Notes: a model not told the origin generated them from the sequence alone. A stretch of 63,278 bases of DNA, filler included, from Choristocarpus tenellus KU-1152 (GCA_964200185.2; 11 parts of 11 records of this genome joined end to end with filler, not necessarily neighbours in it); one strand, 5' to 3'. Positions 38,386-51,579 are shown, counted from the whole stretch's first letter. Translations and numbers: made by a program.

Positions 38386-38710
38386 AAATTGTTCATGGCA
38401 ATTTCATTTTTCTAGTCATACAGAAGAAATCCCCCTTGAAGTTGGTGTGATAAACACAGAGTGACTTGTTGTGCAGTATGGAAGAGGGGTTGCATAGGAA
38501 TATATGATCTTTTCCATTGCATTGGTGGGTATTATATTTATATAATATGGTAGGTATTATATCTATGTAATATGGTGGGTATTATATCTATATAATATGG
38601 TAGGTATTACATTTTTTTGTAGTGTTTACGGTAGAATAATTTGATCATTTTTTGTTTTTGTGTTTGTGGTAAATGCTGGCCTTCATGGCCTTCCTCAAAA
38701 CATGTGTATA

Positions 38711-39077
38711 CTCCCTCTGTCCCATATAACCCTAACCCTTTATGCACGTATCTCTTCGGGGGATGACCTCCGATTTAAAAAAACGGATTTTTGCATTGTA
38801 TTCCTTGAATTTTTTATTTTTTTTACCTTTGCATGTGGGAGTGATACGCAGAGCTGGACGTGGTGCAGGCATCCACTCAAAACGAGCCAAATATGCCCGT
38901 ATTTTCTGTTCCATATTTTCAAAACAATTTCGGGATAAATATATTTTTTCAACCAGAAGTCATCCTACGTAGAATTTTCTGAGGAATCCAATGCAAAAAT
39001 CCTTTTTTTTAAATCGGAGGTCATCCCGAAGAGATACGTGCATAAAGGAACAGACAGGACACATGGGACAGAGGGAG
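38711..39077. mobile_element. Stowaway-like (Tc1/mariner-dependent) MITE, 367 bp, TA target duplication
   Basis: TA|CTCCCTCTGTCCCAT ... ATGGGACAGAGGGAG|TA is a perfect 15-bp TIR. Inner ~75-bp inverted arms at 38737-38815 / 38971-39048. Confidence 0.88.
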
Positions 39078-39199
39078 TATACATACATATACATATATAT
39101 CCATACATATATATCCATACATATATATCCATACATATACATATACATATATATATATATATTTGCTATGGTCTGTGTCTTTTGTCCCTAAGATCGGGG

Positions 39200-39340
39200 A
39201 TGTGTTATTTTTGAAGATATGTGTGCTTTTTGAAGATATGTGTGCTTTTTGAAGATATGTGTTTGCTTTTTCAAGATATGTGTTTGCTTTTTCAAGATAT
39301 GTGTTTGCTTTTTCAAGATATGTGTTTGCTTTTTGAAGAT
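39200..39340. repeat. 20-21-bp minisatellite (TTTT(G/C)AAGATATGTGTTTGCT), about 6 copies
   Basis: Head-to-tail units with no unique spacers. Confidence 0.9.
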
Positions 39341-40691
39341 GCTTTTGTCTTTTTCACGGCGGGTGGGGGGTGGGGGGACGAACTACCAGTGGGCTTTTTT
39401 TTTTTTTTTTTTTTTGTTTTTTTTTTTTTTTTTTGTTTTTTTTTTTTGTTTGGGGGGGGGGGGGGGGGGGGTGGGGGAACGAACTACCAGTGGACTAGGT
39501 TTTAATGAAATTGAGGATGAAGGAGAATGTGTTCTGTTCTTTTGTGCTCTTGATTGCAAATGGTATCGTCATTACCGTTATTTTCTTTTTTGTTTTGTTT
39601 CTGGTTCTGTCAGTATTGCTGTTTTAGATCATATATATATATGTTATATATATATATTTGTTGTTGTTCTTGCTACTATTTTTTTATTATCAACTGTGGT
39701 GTATGATTTCACTGTATTTTATTTTATTTTATTTTATTGTTTTTGATTGTTGATGTGCCTATTTTAGTATATTTTTTAGTTATTGTCTTATTTTTATCAT
39801 AATTTCATTTCGACATTGGGGTGATAGAGTAGAGGGTTAGGGACGAGGAAGTGTTTGATCACGCTTCCAATATATAGAAACACCAAATGCAAAGGTGTAG
39901 AATAAAATAAACTCACCACATGTTCTGTAATATTACAAAATGCATATTTTTTTTACTCAGGATCAGATATAAGTTTTTCCTAACTTTTTTCTATTAAATA
40001 TCAATTCAAGCAGCTTGCAGGGTAGGCTATGAATGCACAATATGTATATATATATATTTGTGAGGATCTTGCAATAACCCTTTTGAGGTTACTCTATATC
40101 TCAGCTAAATCAAACTTAATCTATATAATTTTTTATTCTACTCCCACACTTCAAAGTTGCAAGAAACACCTTCCCGATGTGATATTTTTTCTTATACACA
40201 CAAAGTGTTTGAAGTGATGCTGAAGATAAGTAATTCAATAATCAATATATCATGGATCTGCATGTGAAATTAGTGTCGAGAAAATTACCCAGAAGGGTTT
40301 TCTAATACCTTGGAAGGATATTTGTTCCTGTATTGTGTAAAAAGAAAGATGTACATTTTTTTGAATAGTTCTGTACCTACGTACATACTGTTGTAACGTT
40401 TTTCTGTTTGTATGTGTATTTGTTTTCTGTTGTTCATGTTGATGGGGGGGGGGGGTTGGGGTGGGTGGGGGNNNNNNNNNNNNNNNNNNNNNNNNNNNNN
40501 NNNNNNNNNNNNNNNTTAATTAATTAANNNNNNNNNNNNNNNNNNNNNNNNNNNNNNNNNNNNNNNNNNNNAAATATTCTGTCACATACCCCACCCCCCA
40601 AACAATTATCCCCCCCCCCCCCCCCCCCCCCCTAACCCCCTGCTGCCTACCTGCCCCTTTGGGTACTTGGTGCTGGCTCTGTTTGTAACAG

Positions 40692-40817
40692 GGTTTGGTT
40701 TCATCAGAAGGCGTGCTTCCCGTGGGGTGTTCCCTTCCATTGCACAGGTTGAACCTATGCCAGAAGCAGTATGCCAGCATCTCTGTTGTTAACTATCCCT
40801 GGAGTTCATTTGTGAAG
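40692..40817 (+). CDS. Isolated candidate internal exon, unknown protein
   Basis: gtaacag|GLVSSEGVLPVGCSLPLHRLNLCQKQYASISVVNYPWSSFVK|gtaatg. 126 nt, open only in phase 0, within intron-like sequence. Confidence 0.35.
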
Positions 40818-41469
40818 GTAATGTGGTGTTACAGCACTGGCATGTAGATACATTACTTTAGTGTATACATTGCATTATGCATTGTATGATGATTGGAGAG
40901 GACAACACAAGAGGTTTGGGACAATGACCCATTTATGTTCCTCCATCCATCCATCCAGGAGATAATGGTTTGACAGGGCTGCACAGCTCTTGCAACAGGT
41001 TGATTTTGATTGTGTTATTCCAACAATAAAGTGTTGGTTTGGGGATGTTGCGATGTCAATTTGTTGTGACTGGGGTATACTGACTACATACTGACTACAT
41101 ACTCACTATTCCATACCCCGTAGTTTAAACTCAAAATTTTAAAATGTCTTTTGTTGCGTCATCTCCTAAATATTTTATTATTTATAGTATCTTTTTTATG
41201 GCTTGCAGGTTGCATTACATGATAAATATGTATATGCATATATTGGGGGGGGAAGGGGGGTAAAAGCAACAGACTGTTTGCTGGGATCACAAGCTCTGTA
41301 TTTTATTTTTTATTTTTTTGAATGAAGGTGCAGAATAATATGGAATATATTGGGTATGATTGAAGGGAGGGTTGTTTTCTTCTTCATGAGAGTGTATTTG
41401 TTTTGTTTACCAACCCACCTCGAGCAAGGTAAGTGCTTGGTGTGTCCTGATGTTGAATTTTAATGTTGG

Positions 41470-41625
41470 ACAGACATACGTACATACAGACATATGAACA
41501 GACAGACTCACAGACATACAGGCACACAGACTCACAGACATTTGGACATACAGACTCACAACCACACAGATATACAGACATCTGAACAGACAGACTCACA
41601 GACACACAGGCACATAGACATACAG
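41470..41625. repeat. Degenerate (ACAG/ACAT)n microsatellite
   Basis: Direct inspection. Confidence 0.85.
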
Positions 41626-43499
41626 AAATACTGTACTACTGATGGGTTGTCACTTATTGAGACATGGTCTATGGGGCGTGAGGGTAGGTAGTAGAGGCCA
41701 TCAAGTGCAGGGTGTTGGGATGGAGGAGGGTGAGAGAGGGGACTGTTTCTATGAGTTCGAGGTTACCCCCCTATGATCCCTAACCCTAAATAGCTCCACC
41801 GCTTGTACCACTTGCAGTACATTCAACCCTAACCCTAACCCCAAAAAACTCTTCTTACTTAGCCCACACCCTAATCCCCTGCGCCTAACAATAAATAATA
41901 AACAATAAATAAATAAATAAAACTTCTTAGCACGAGACCATTGTGCCCAACATCCCCTACTAGACCCATCTCGCCTTCCCCCTTTCCCCGCCCAATCTCT
42001 ACCCCCTCCTCCTTGCCAAGTTCAATGCGCTTCTAGGGTTAGGGTTATCGGTGTCCTGACCCCATCTCTGCCCCCTTTTTTGTGGGAGATAGTACTACCG
42101 TAGTGCTACCGTAGTGCTACCGTAGTACTACCCTCTTACCCTCCACTCGTGCAGACCCCATCCTCAAGACAGAACTCTGCTCCTTACCTGCAGAACCTCC
42201 ATCTTTATAGATATGTGTGTGTGTGTGTGTTTTTTTAAATCTAACCCTTATCCTCAAAATGGCATTAGTAGATTGTAGCTCGAACCTTCTCACCCCCCCC
42301 CCCCCTCCCCCCCACCCCGCCCAGACAAATCTCTTTCTGATTCAAATTTAATGTATTTTATTTTGTTCTATGTGAAAGGTACACTCTCCTACCTCTGCTC
42401 ACCCTTCCCATGAGAAAATACGGACTTTGGAGATGAAGGGGGTAAAGGTCATGACCTCTCTCAACGCAGACGGGACCTCTCCAGGACTGGCAGATGCGAA
42501 GGGAAGGGAGCTACCCAGCCTTTTCCTCCATGTGGCTATGCAGGTTGTGAACGTTTTGGCTGGTGGGGGAGGGGGGAGCGGGGGAGGGGGGAGGGGGGGA
42601 GGGGAGGGGATGGGATGGGGCTACGTGTGTGTGCGTGTTGATTTTTTTGGTATGATACTATTTGTAGCATAGTGTGTGCAAGAGTCGAACTGGTATTACG
42701 GTTAGGGTTACCCAGAGCCTAAACCCTAACCTTAGTCGGCCCCCTTTGCTCTGGTACTATTTAATGATTGGTACGTTTTGTGATTAAACAGTCATACTGT
42801 GGTTAGAGAGAGCACTACAGGCGCTGAAGGTCAGCGTGAGGGTTAACTTTACCCATAGTGTAAGCCCTATGACCCTGACCCTAACCCTACTGTTTTGAAC
42901 TTTCAATAATAATAATAATTTAAAATCAATAATAATAATAATAATAATAATAAGTCGACTCTGCTCCTCGATGAGATAAAAAGGGGCCTTGGTCACAAAA
43001 GCCTAGGACGTACCCTGATTTTTTTTATTTTAGTGTGATCAATAAAAAAATTATTGAGTTTCTGATTTTAGGTGGCAGAGTTTTGGGGCTAGGGATGACC
43101 AGAGCCAAACCGTACCCACCTACCTCCCTAACCCAGGACTTGGAGTCGTCTGGTACTGCGGAAGCTCCATTGGTTTAGAAGTGGCACGTTTAGAGTTGAA
43201 GTTGAAGTTGAAGTTGAAGTTGAAGTCTTGGCTCTATTGCTACGTTTGTTGTGTTGCCACACATAGGTGGGAGATGAGATGATTAACATTTCTAAAACCT
43301 CTACGGTCTTTGTTAGAGAAGAAAAAAATCTAGAATAGAAATAATAAAACAAATGGAAGGTGTGTTTTTGTGATCAACAGATTCCGTTTCGTTGCTCCGT
43401 GGGTGGAAGCATATATATTTTCCTTTTCTTTTCATGTTTCTTGAAAGGGATGGGGGATGGGGGAGGGGGAGGGGAAATTTTCTGGAGTGCACTTGGACT

Positions 43500-43612
43500 C
43501 TAGCTGTAGATACAATCTAGCTGTAGATATGTAGATATGTAGATACAATATGATATGTAGATAAAATATGATATGTAGATACAATATGATATGTAGATAC
43601 AGTATGATATGT
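43500..43612. repeat. 18-bp minisatellite (GATATGTAGATACAATAT), about 5 copies; nearby (GTTGAA)n 43195-43225 and (TTGG)n 43717-43745
   Basis: Direct inspection. Confidence 0.85.
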
Positions 43613-44052
43613 TGGTACTCGTTTTGCAGGTGCAGAGAGTTTTGTGTACACCAGGTGATAAGTGGGTGATAAGTGGATGGCTTTTTTTTTTATGTCGCCC
43701 ACTCATTGGCAGTTAGTTGGTTGGTTGGTTGGTTGGTTGGTTGGTGTGATGTTCTTTGATTTTTCTTGTTATCCCTTGACCTAATTTAAAGTACCAAGAG
43801 TCAAGTACTGCTGCTTAGCACTAAACAAAGTCGTTTGGTACAAAGAACTGCTGTTTGGTACAAAGTACTATGGTTAGAACACATTCCTCAGTCCAACACT
43901 ACTTGCCAATGACCCCCTTCACCCCCCCCCTCCCCTTTCACAATAGNNNNNNNNNNNNNNNNNNNNNNNNNNNNNNNNNNNNNNNNNNNNTTAATTAATT
44001 AANNNNNNNNNNNNNNNNNNNNNNNNNNNNNNNNNNNNNNNNNNNNTCCCGT

Positions 44053-44087
<35 letters not shown>

Positions 44088-45134
44088 GTGGCGGGTCACG
44101 ACCCATCAACAGTGTACTGGGTTATAAAAATACGAAACCTTCACTGGAGCTTGTGAATTGATTGAATGTACTCCTATCAGTTTCAGCACCCTCCCTACTG
44201 TACAAGCGTCAGATGACTTTTTACCTTCGAAAAAGTGGTCTGAAGTGGTGTCATGGTTATTCATCATGCAAGCAGTCCTTGATCAATTGATCACAACCCC
44301 CATCCCAACGTTTTTTTTGGAAGTAGAAGCCCACTGGTCTCTGTGGTTGGTACTATGCTGTGTGAGGCAAACGGTTACAGTGTTGACCAATCAAAATTAC
44401 TGCAGTTTGCTGCTGTGGTGTGGTGATACGAACAGTTACAATTTGGACCAATCAAAATCATGCTTGGCACCCTAACCTCCCCCGTCTACCAGATCCTCTT
44501 GATCTCAGGACCAGATAAGGGTAAAACCGGGCGCATGATTGGGCTGGAGCGGCCACAGGGCTCGATAGGCAAGGCCATTGTGAAGCTTGAGAGTTCCAGT
44601 GCTTTGGGAGGCATTGCTGAGATCAAGGTATGAGCAATTAATGCACTTTCTGGTTTGAATGTGTGTGAAAATGCTGAAGGAGCATGTTGTAGGGTGGCTG
44701 TGTGACGTTGGAGATGGAAAGGAAGGGGATACTCATAAATCTTTTCCAGGAGATAGACAAGGACAAATTAATTGGAGGTTGAGAGTGGTCTATAGATATT
44801 TCAGTAGCTAATATGTAGCTCCGAAATGGTCTCATCAACTGCGGTGAAGGATATCGAAATAAAAGGAGGGTGGAGTTTGACATTGGGTCGTTTTTGCTGT
44901 CAGGTGTTGGAGGTCTAATGAATGCTCTCTTGTGTACTGTATGTACTGTACTGTATGTATGTAGTGTATGTACTGCACTTGCTTTGCTTCCTTCTTTTGG
45001 AGGGGGATATATTTTATCTTTCTACTTTCTCTGTTGAACATCAATTCAAACATTTTGTGGATGCAGACTAGACTGGTTATGCCATGCACAAGATGGTATC
45101 ATATTTTTATTTATCTTCTGGTGTTGTTAAGAGG

Positions 45135-45168
<34 letters not shown>

Positions 45169-48100
45169 GTTATTCCTATTACTATTATTATTATTACTAT
45201 TATTATTATTATTATTACTGTGTGAGGTTGCCGTAAATTCTCAGTGAATTGTGCAATGGTCTACCTATCAAAGCATATGTATATCAAGCAGGACGATACT
45301 AGTGTAGGTATGCTCTTCGGCAGAGGCCTATGGAAAGGTATGGATGCATACTTCAGGAATTTTAATTTCCATCAAAGGAAGGACAAGGGGGCATGCTTCT
45401 GTGTGAGTGACCCATCCTATAATAGCACACTCGGAATCACATCAGAAGTGTTGTTACAGAATCCGAGTGTGAGATAGACTATGAAGTAAACGCCTTCCCA
45501 CTGGTTAAAATTCTAACTGGATAATTTATAGTGAACTAGGTCCTAGAAGGGACCTATACAGCTTCAGGATAACTATGCTGGTTTGCATCACAAGCTCTGG
45601 TCAATGGTTAGGTCCACATTTGTTAATTTTCTTCCAAGTATTTCTTGATGCGAAGATGTCATTCTCAGCACTACTTGGTCCATTAACCCGTCTTGTGGCC
45701 TGCCCCAAGAGCTTTTGATCACATCCACTTTCCGTCCCTTGTCCGTATGTGACTACTTGAGCTCTAATTTTTGGTACCCATGTTATGTCTTGTTTTTTCA
45801 TTTCCCATTGCAGGTTGTACCTTATGACTACATTGCAAAGACATTGGAGCAGCCCAGCCCTGTTAGCAAGCCCAAGTAGGACCTTCAGAGAGGCCCCTGG
45901 CGTGTGAAATTCACTATTTCTAAAGCCCTCCACTTTGGACTGATAACCCTTACATCACAGCTCTTGTTGGTCTCGTTTGTCAGAAGCATGTTAGTGAGCA
46001 GTGCCTCCCTATATTTTTACAGGAGTATTAACAGTCATGTCTGGAGAGCATTGGCGATTTGAGGTTGGAAGTTGCTGTTTTTTTTATGTGGGTCATACAT
46101 AGAAAAAATCAATGATATTAATAGTAGGAAAAGAGATAGAGGAAGGAAAGGTGGGAAGAGGACTACTGAGTGGGGTGCAAGTGCATACCTATCCTCATCG
46201 ATGTCCATGTAGCTTCAAGAGTTGACTTTCCCCTTACACTGAAGATTTGTAAGATTGTAGGGATGTGCAATATCTCTCATATGCTTGAAGAGGAGTGTAG
46301 ATGTTGAGCAGGTGGCATTGTATCCCCTTTTTCACAGAGTAGATGAAGGCTGTGGTGATGGCAATGTGCATGATGGTCATTTTGAGCAATTACTCTACTT
46401 CCGAGCGGTTGGCTCATTCATGTTGAAGCAGGTGGAGCAAATACAGGAGATTAATTGAGTAGATGCATCAGGGTGATTGGTATCCATTGCTAATCCATAG
46501 AATTTTGTTGATGGACGATAGTGTCAAGGATGTGTGGGGGTATATGGTAGTGCATATAGGTTGTGTTTTGTTTTGCCCCATTGTGGATCTAACAAAACAC
46601 AAGTTCCGTGAAGGTTGGCAACTAACTGCACAGACTTAGTGGGAAGCCGGGAACTTGGACTTCAGTATCTTTTCTGTTCCTTAGATCAGAGAGAGAGAGA
46701 GAGATCCTCTCTTGCATTCCTTTTTAATGGTATGCGGGAGATTGAAGGGGGTACTCCATGAATGGCACAACCCCGCCGGCCTCCACATGCCTCGGTTTGA
46801 TGTAGGTCTAGTATATCTTGCTGAGTCGAGCATGTACCTTTGGGGTACATCCGGCGGGTGTGATGAGTTGCCTCCTCCTGAGCAATCTTCTTTTTTATGT
46901 ACCAGAAATTGGAATAATGCTGACAAAACGATTTTACGAAACCCAGTAATAATCTTCAAACAAGTTTTTTACCAAAGAGTCGTTTCACCGCCCAAGACTC
47001 TAATGCTTTTTTTTTTTTTCGTGCCTTTTCATTTTTTTCTCATTATTTTTTACTACTGCTACTGCAGTCTCTAATTAACATCCTCTTTGATCTTGTTGTG
47101 TCTGAGATTTCAAATCCTGTAGGTTCTGTTTCTTCTTCTTGATTATCTTTTTTGCTCCATCTGCAGTACAGCATGTCTGTGCTGCTGACCAATCAGTTGC
47201 GTGTATTCTGTAGACTTAGGCAAGCTTTACCCAATGGGACAGTTCCCTGCTGTCATTGATAAAAATAAATCCCTTTGATAGCAAATGATAACTTTCCTGG
47301 TCTGAGTTGATGCTGTTCGGCAGATACTTCCTGAGCACACACACCTACCTGATGATCCACTTTGCAACACAACATAAAATACAATTCCACACATAGATTG
47401 TTCTTGCCCAAGACGCAATAATGGGTGGGTGGTGCAGTGGCATGGTGTGGGTGATGATGACTATTGCAACAGGAAGAAGGGGCGGAAAGAAACTATACTG
47501 TATTTGTAGTAAGTAGTAAGCAACACGTCAAAGAGGCAGAGAAAACTTGTTTATTCTGCTTAGAGATATACTCCTGCTGATCTCGAGGGACTGTAGTTGT
47601 CCTCTCTTCTTCTATCTGCGCACACCTTGACAAAAGTAAATTGAGTTTCAGTCAGTGCTCTTAGTTTTTCTAATTTTAATGCGATATGACAGCACTTTCT
47701 TCACCCAGTAGAGATCTCCATAATAAGGAAGAACAAGTAACACGCACACACACACACACATCAAAATATTATATATGAACACCTACCTCCACAGTCATTC
47801 ATGGTGTATACACACAGTTAACAGAACAAGAGCCGCATGCAGCATGGTGAACACAAGCACTAAGCAATGTACTGGTTGTGAAGTGTATGTTTAGCTTATA
47901 ATAATGTGTTGAAAGGAACTTGAAACACCGAACACTTTGAACGCGATTTGGACACTTGAAACTCCATACGAATATTCCTAGAAATTGAATTTTTTGACTG
48001 TTGCTGTCTTTCGCGAGACGGAACTGAAATGGGATTTTTCATGCTTACTAGTTTGTTGTTGGCAACGAGTTTGTCTAATAAATGAGGGCTTACTCTGCGT

Positions 48101-48455
48101 TTGTGGGTGATCTATTGGCATTTATGGGGTGTCCTAACCTCCTGAATCAAGTGACTCAGTCACGATGACGATACTTGTTGACTTAAATTTTTTATTTATT
48201 CTGAAGAAAATTAAGGCTAAGAAAAAAAAGAATTCATATTTTGTTGTTGTTGCCCCGTATGTTTTGTGATAAGAGTGGATATATATATATATATATTATG
48301 CCCTCTGACATTTGCATGTGTGACAGGGAAAAACCCAAACCACTATCAAAACGACCCCTTTTAAAGCAACAGTTACATTAAATAAAATGTAAAAGATACT
48401 TCTCCATTTATCATCTATTATTTGGATGCTAGGTACACTGCAATGATCTCTCTAA

Positions 48456-48637
48456 GGTGATTACGATGTGATGTGACTCTTTCTTTGGAAGGGCATGTGC
48501 TTCAGCCTTCTGTGCAGACTGGTGTCCTTCCCTACCTCGAGGAAGGTAATTACCGTGTATGTGATGTGACTCTTTCTTTAGAAGGGCATGTGCTTCAGCC
48601 TTTTGTGCAGACCGGTGCCCCTCCTTACCTTGAGGAA
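48456..48637. repeat. ~90-bp tandem duplication (2 copies)
   Basis: GTGATGTGACTCTTTCTTT(G/A)GAAGGGCATGTGCTTCAGCCTT...GAGGAA occurs twice head to tail. Confidence 0.9.
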
Positions 48638-49326
48638 CATTTCAGAGGAAGAAGGGAGCGGTTTGGCGTAGGGGTCTCAAATAGGGTTGAGTGTGCCCTA
48701 CCAGACATTTGCCTGAATGGACAAATAGGGCAAAAATCCTACCCTCTTAGAAGCATGGTTTTCAGAGATGGTTAGAACCTGCACAAGACAGACCTGGCAG
48801 ATTGCACAGAGAAGAGGAAGCCGTGCGCAACTAGCAAAAGCATATGCCCAATGTCGAGAGCTCGTACCCTTTCTTTGATCGTACCCTTTTTTTGATGTGG
48901 ACACCCGAGGAGCAGAGTGGGAAGGCAAACAACGATGAGGTAACTAACCCTAACCCTAAGGTAGAGCTAGTTCATTCGAGCCGGCCTAGTCAACAGTAAG
49001 TCGACTTTTACAAAAGTATGCGTGATCATCAATCATAAGCATGAGAACAGTAACAAAAATGAGGACTGGTACTGGCTACACACAGACAGACAGACAAACC
49101 GGAATTGCTCAATTCTACATAACTGTAGAATATACGTAATGGGGGGGGGGGAGGTGTGTGTGGGGGGGGGGGGGCAAAAAGTTTGGAAGGGTGGGTTCAT
49201 TGAATTAAATGTACTTTTAAACAAAANNNNNNNNNNNNNNNNNNNNNNNNNNNNNNNNNNNNNNNNNNNNTTAATTAATTAANNNNNNNNNNNNNNNNNN
49301 NNNNNNNNNNNNNNNNNNNNNNNNNN

Positions 49327-49980
49327 CTAATCCAACAGGTACCCTGTGGCTGGGTGCATGAGGCATAATGTGACACTAGACACGATCGTACCTGCCCAAG
49401 GGCAGGGTAACAGGTCCGCCAACACACACCATTGGTGAAGCGGCTAGGTCAACTCTGCAAAGGAATGGGCATCCCTTGTACTATGGAGGACAGTAGCCCA
49501 TTCAAAGTGGACTGGAATTTCCGCATGGATCTGGTCTTCCATTCTGGGTCACTTGCGGACACCGGATCAGCTCCCTACCAGAATAAAGGCCTCATCCTAG
49601 ATGTTACGTTTGGAGAAGTGCAAGCAACCTCCCATCTGCCACACTCATTCACCAGCAATGGTGTAGGTGCTGCTACAGCTGAGGCACGAAAGTGCACCAA
49701 CTATGAAGGTTCTTTTGACGCTTATAGTTTTAACCTCAACACCTTCGTGGTGGAAAGTTTTGGATACTTCTCTAGCTCCTCGCCCTGTGGTGTAGGGCTA
49801 AGCTAGGTTGGAGGCAGGGGGGGAGTGGTGCAGCATGGGTGGTGGTCAAATAGTAAATAGATGATGGAAAAATGTCTTTTACATTTACAACTATTACTCT
49901 ACAGGGGTTTTAACTTTTGAATGGTTTTTTACTGGTTTTCACCTTGACACATCTGTAAAATGTTATAGGGCATAATAATA
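49327..49980 (+). mobile_element. CRE-clade-like non-LTR retrotransposon 3' portion: restriction-like endonuclease domain plus 3' UTR (family A, internally deleted)
   Basis: E...RMDLVF...LILDVT...AATAEARKCTNY...FVVESFG is the R(P)D...D(V)T...AExxKxxxY...ExxG RLE motif set. It is followed by the family A 3' UTR ending GGGCATAATAATAA. Confidence 0.85.
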
Positions 49981-50217
49981 AACACATACAACACTTTGTT
50001 ATTACCTAAATGAGGTCCAAACAAGTATGTTGTACTTCTGAAATGGTAGAGGAGAAATAATATATATAATAAAAATAAAAATAAAACGTGTAAATACTAC
50101 AATTGTCAAGATAGTGTTATAAAGTGTTACGTTGTTTAAAGTGTGATTCTTCTCATGATCTAGTAGTCTCTTCCAATGAAACCCGTTCTTCTCTCACAGT
50201 ACAATCCATCACAGACA

Positions 50218-51579
50218 ATGGGGTTCCCTCCTATGGCGTCTTTCCTGGTGCGGCACCGGAAGAGCTTTGCCCTAGGGACTCTCGTGCTACAAAATTCATT
50301 TCTCGTCCTACTTATGCGAAACACACTAACTCCTACGAGTGGACGTAGGTACCTGGCGTCCACCGCGGTATGTATGATGGAGGTGAGCAGGATCGCGTGC
50401 GTTGTACGCTAACATCTTGAGATATTAACTGTGATTTGCACAGTATCGGTGTCACTTGACTGCATGTAAGAGATTGCTGGTTGCCTTTCAATTGTACCTT
50501 GTGTATCCTTTTTGTCCTTCCTGTCCAGATTGTTCTACACCCCAACCTCTGTTTTAAAACCCCTCACACCTACACCCCCGTACTTATGTGCGAATTATTC
50601 AACAGGTCATCAAGCTACTGGTCTGCATTGGTGTTGTATATATGGTGAGACAGTAATGATTATCGAGAATGGCATTTTTGTAGCTTTCGCGAGTGTTGTT
50701 CATGTGTGTACCAACCTTGTCGATTTCTCGATATACTCCTTACAGGAAACTGGGAGCATCGCAGGTTGTGCAAGAAAGCTAAGGTTCGAAGTGCTCTACA
50801 AGCCTTACGAAATGGCAAAGCTGGCAATCCCTTCTGTGCTATACACGGTCCAGAATAATCTCCTGTACATGGCTCTAGCCAACCTAGATGCTGCTACATA
50901 CAGTGTTTGCTACCAGACCAAGATCCTTTCAACTGCTCTCTTCTCGGTTATTTTGTTGAAGAGGAAACTATCCTATCTTAAATGGTTCGCACTGTTGTTG
51001 CTAACTCTGGGGGTTGGGCTTGCAGAGACAGCTTCCCACTCCGCACCAGCCCCTGGGGGAACCTTTGAAGGGCAGTCTCAAATTCGCGGATTTTTGGGGG
51101 TGATGGCGGCAGCGTGCACTTCAGGGTTTTCTGGTGTGTACTTCGAGATGATCCTCAAAGGAAAGAAGACTTCCCTGTGGATCAGGAACATCCAGATGGG
51201 GATACCAAGTATTCTCATTGCATTTTCGAAAGTCCTCGCAGTGGATTGGGTAGACGTCAGACAAGATGGGTTCTTCTATGGATACACAATGTCAGTAGTG
51301 GGTGTGATCTTTTTGCAGGCAGCAGGAGGGTTGGTAGTGGCAGTAGTTGTCAAATACACCGACAACATAAGGAAGTCTTTTGCAGCTGCGGTTTCCATTA
51401 TTACATCCTGTCTTCTTTCGTCCTTGCTATTTGAGTTCCGACCAAATGACCGATTTGTGGTTGGGCTGCTTTTTGTTTGTTTTTCTATTTTCCTGTACAG
51501 TCAACCAAGCAGACACCAAGAAGTCATACCATTGTTTGAAAGGGAGAACAAAAGAAAAGGCAGCTTGAATCAATTATGA
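50218..51579 (+). CDS. Nucleotide-sugar transporter, SLC35A family (UDP-galactose/UDP-GlcNAc/CMP-sialic acid type)
   Basis: Phase-0 exons 50218-50382, 50606-50644, 50746-51579. Motifs LVLQNS...MR, YLASTAVCMMEVIK, AIPSVLYTVQNNL, LDAATYSVCYQTKILSTA, SGFSGVYFEMILK, SLWIRNIQM, GGLVVAVVVKYTDNI; about 10 TM segments. Alternative in-frame ATGs at 50176 and 50233. Confidence 0.95.

Noticed and set aside
39200-39340. CRISPR-like array (also 12893-12997, 43500-43612)
   Set aside because: Units are head to tail without unique spacers, the context is eukaryotic and there are no cas genes.
37378-39746. Poly-Tyr, poly-Ile, poly-Phe and repeat-rich ORFs
   Set aside because: Translations of micro/minisatellites and homopolymers.
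44500-46700. Possible retroelement relic on contig 8 (similar decayed zones at 31100-32100 and 59000-61700)
   Set aside because: CpG-poor and probably TE-derived, but no RT, integrase or transposase motif could be identified.
50512-50745. N-terminal extension of the 355-aa transporter ORF
   Set aside because: Read-through of intron sequence from a TTG; the conserved N-terminus is in exons 50218-50382 and 50606-50644.
17350-51579. GT34 plus nucleotide-sugar transporter as a glycosylation cluster
   Set aside because: Different contigs; adjacency is artificial.
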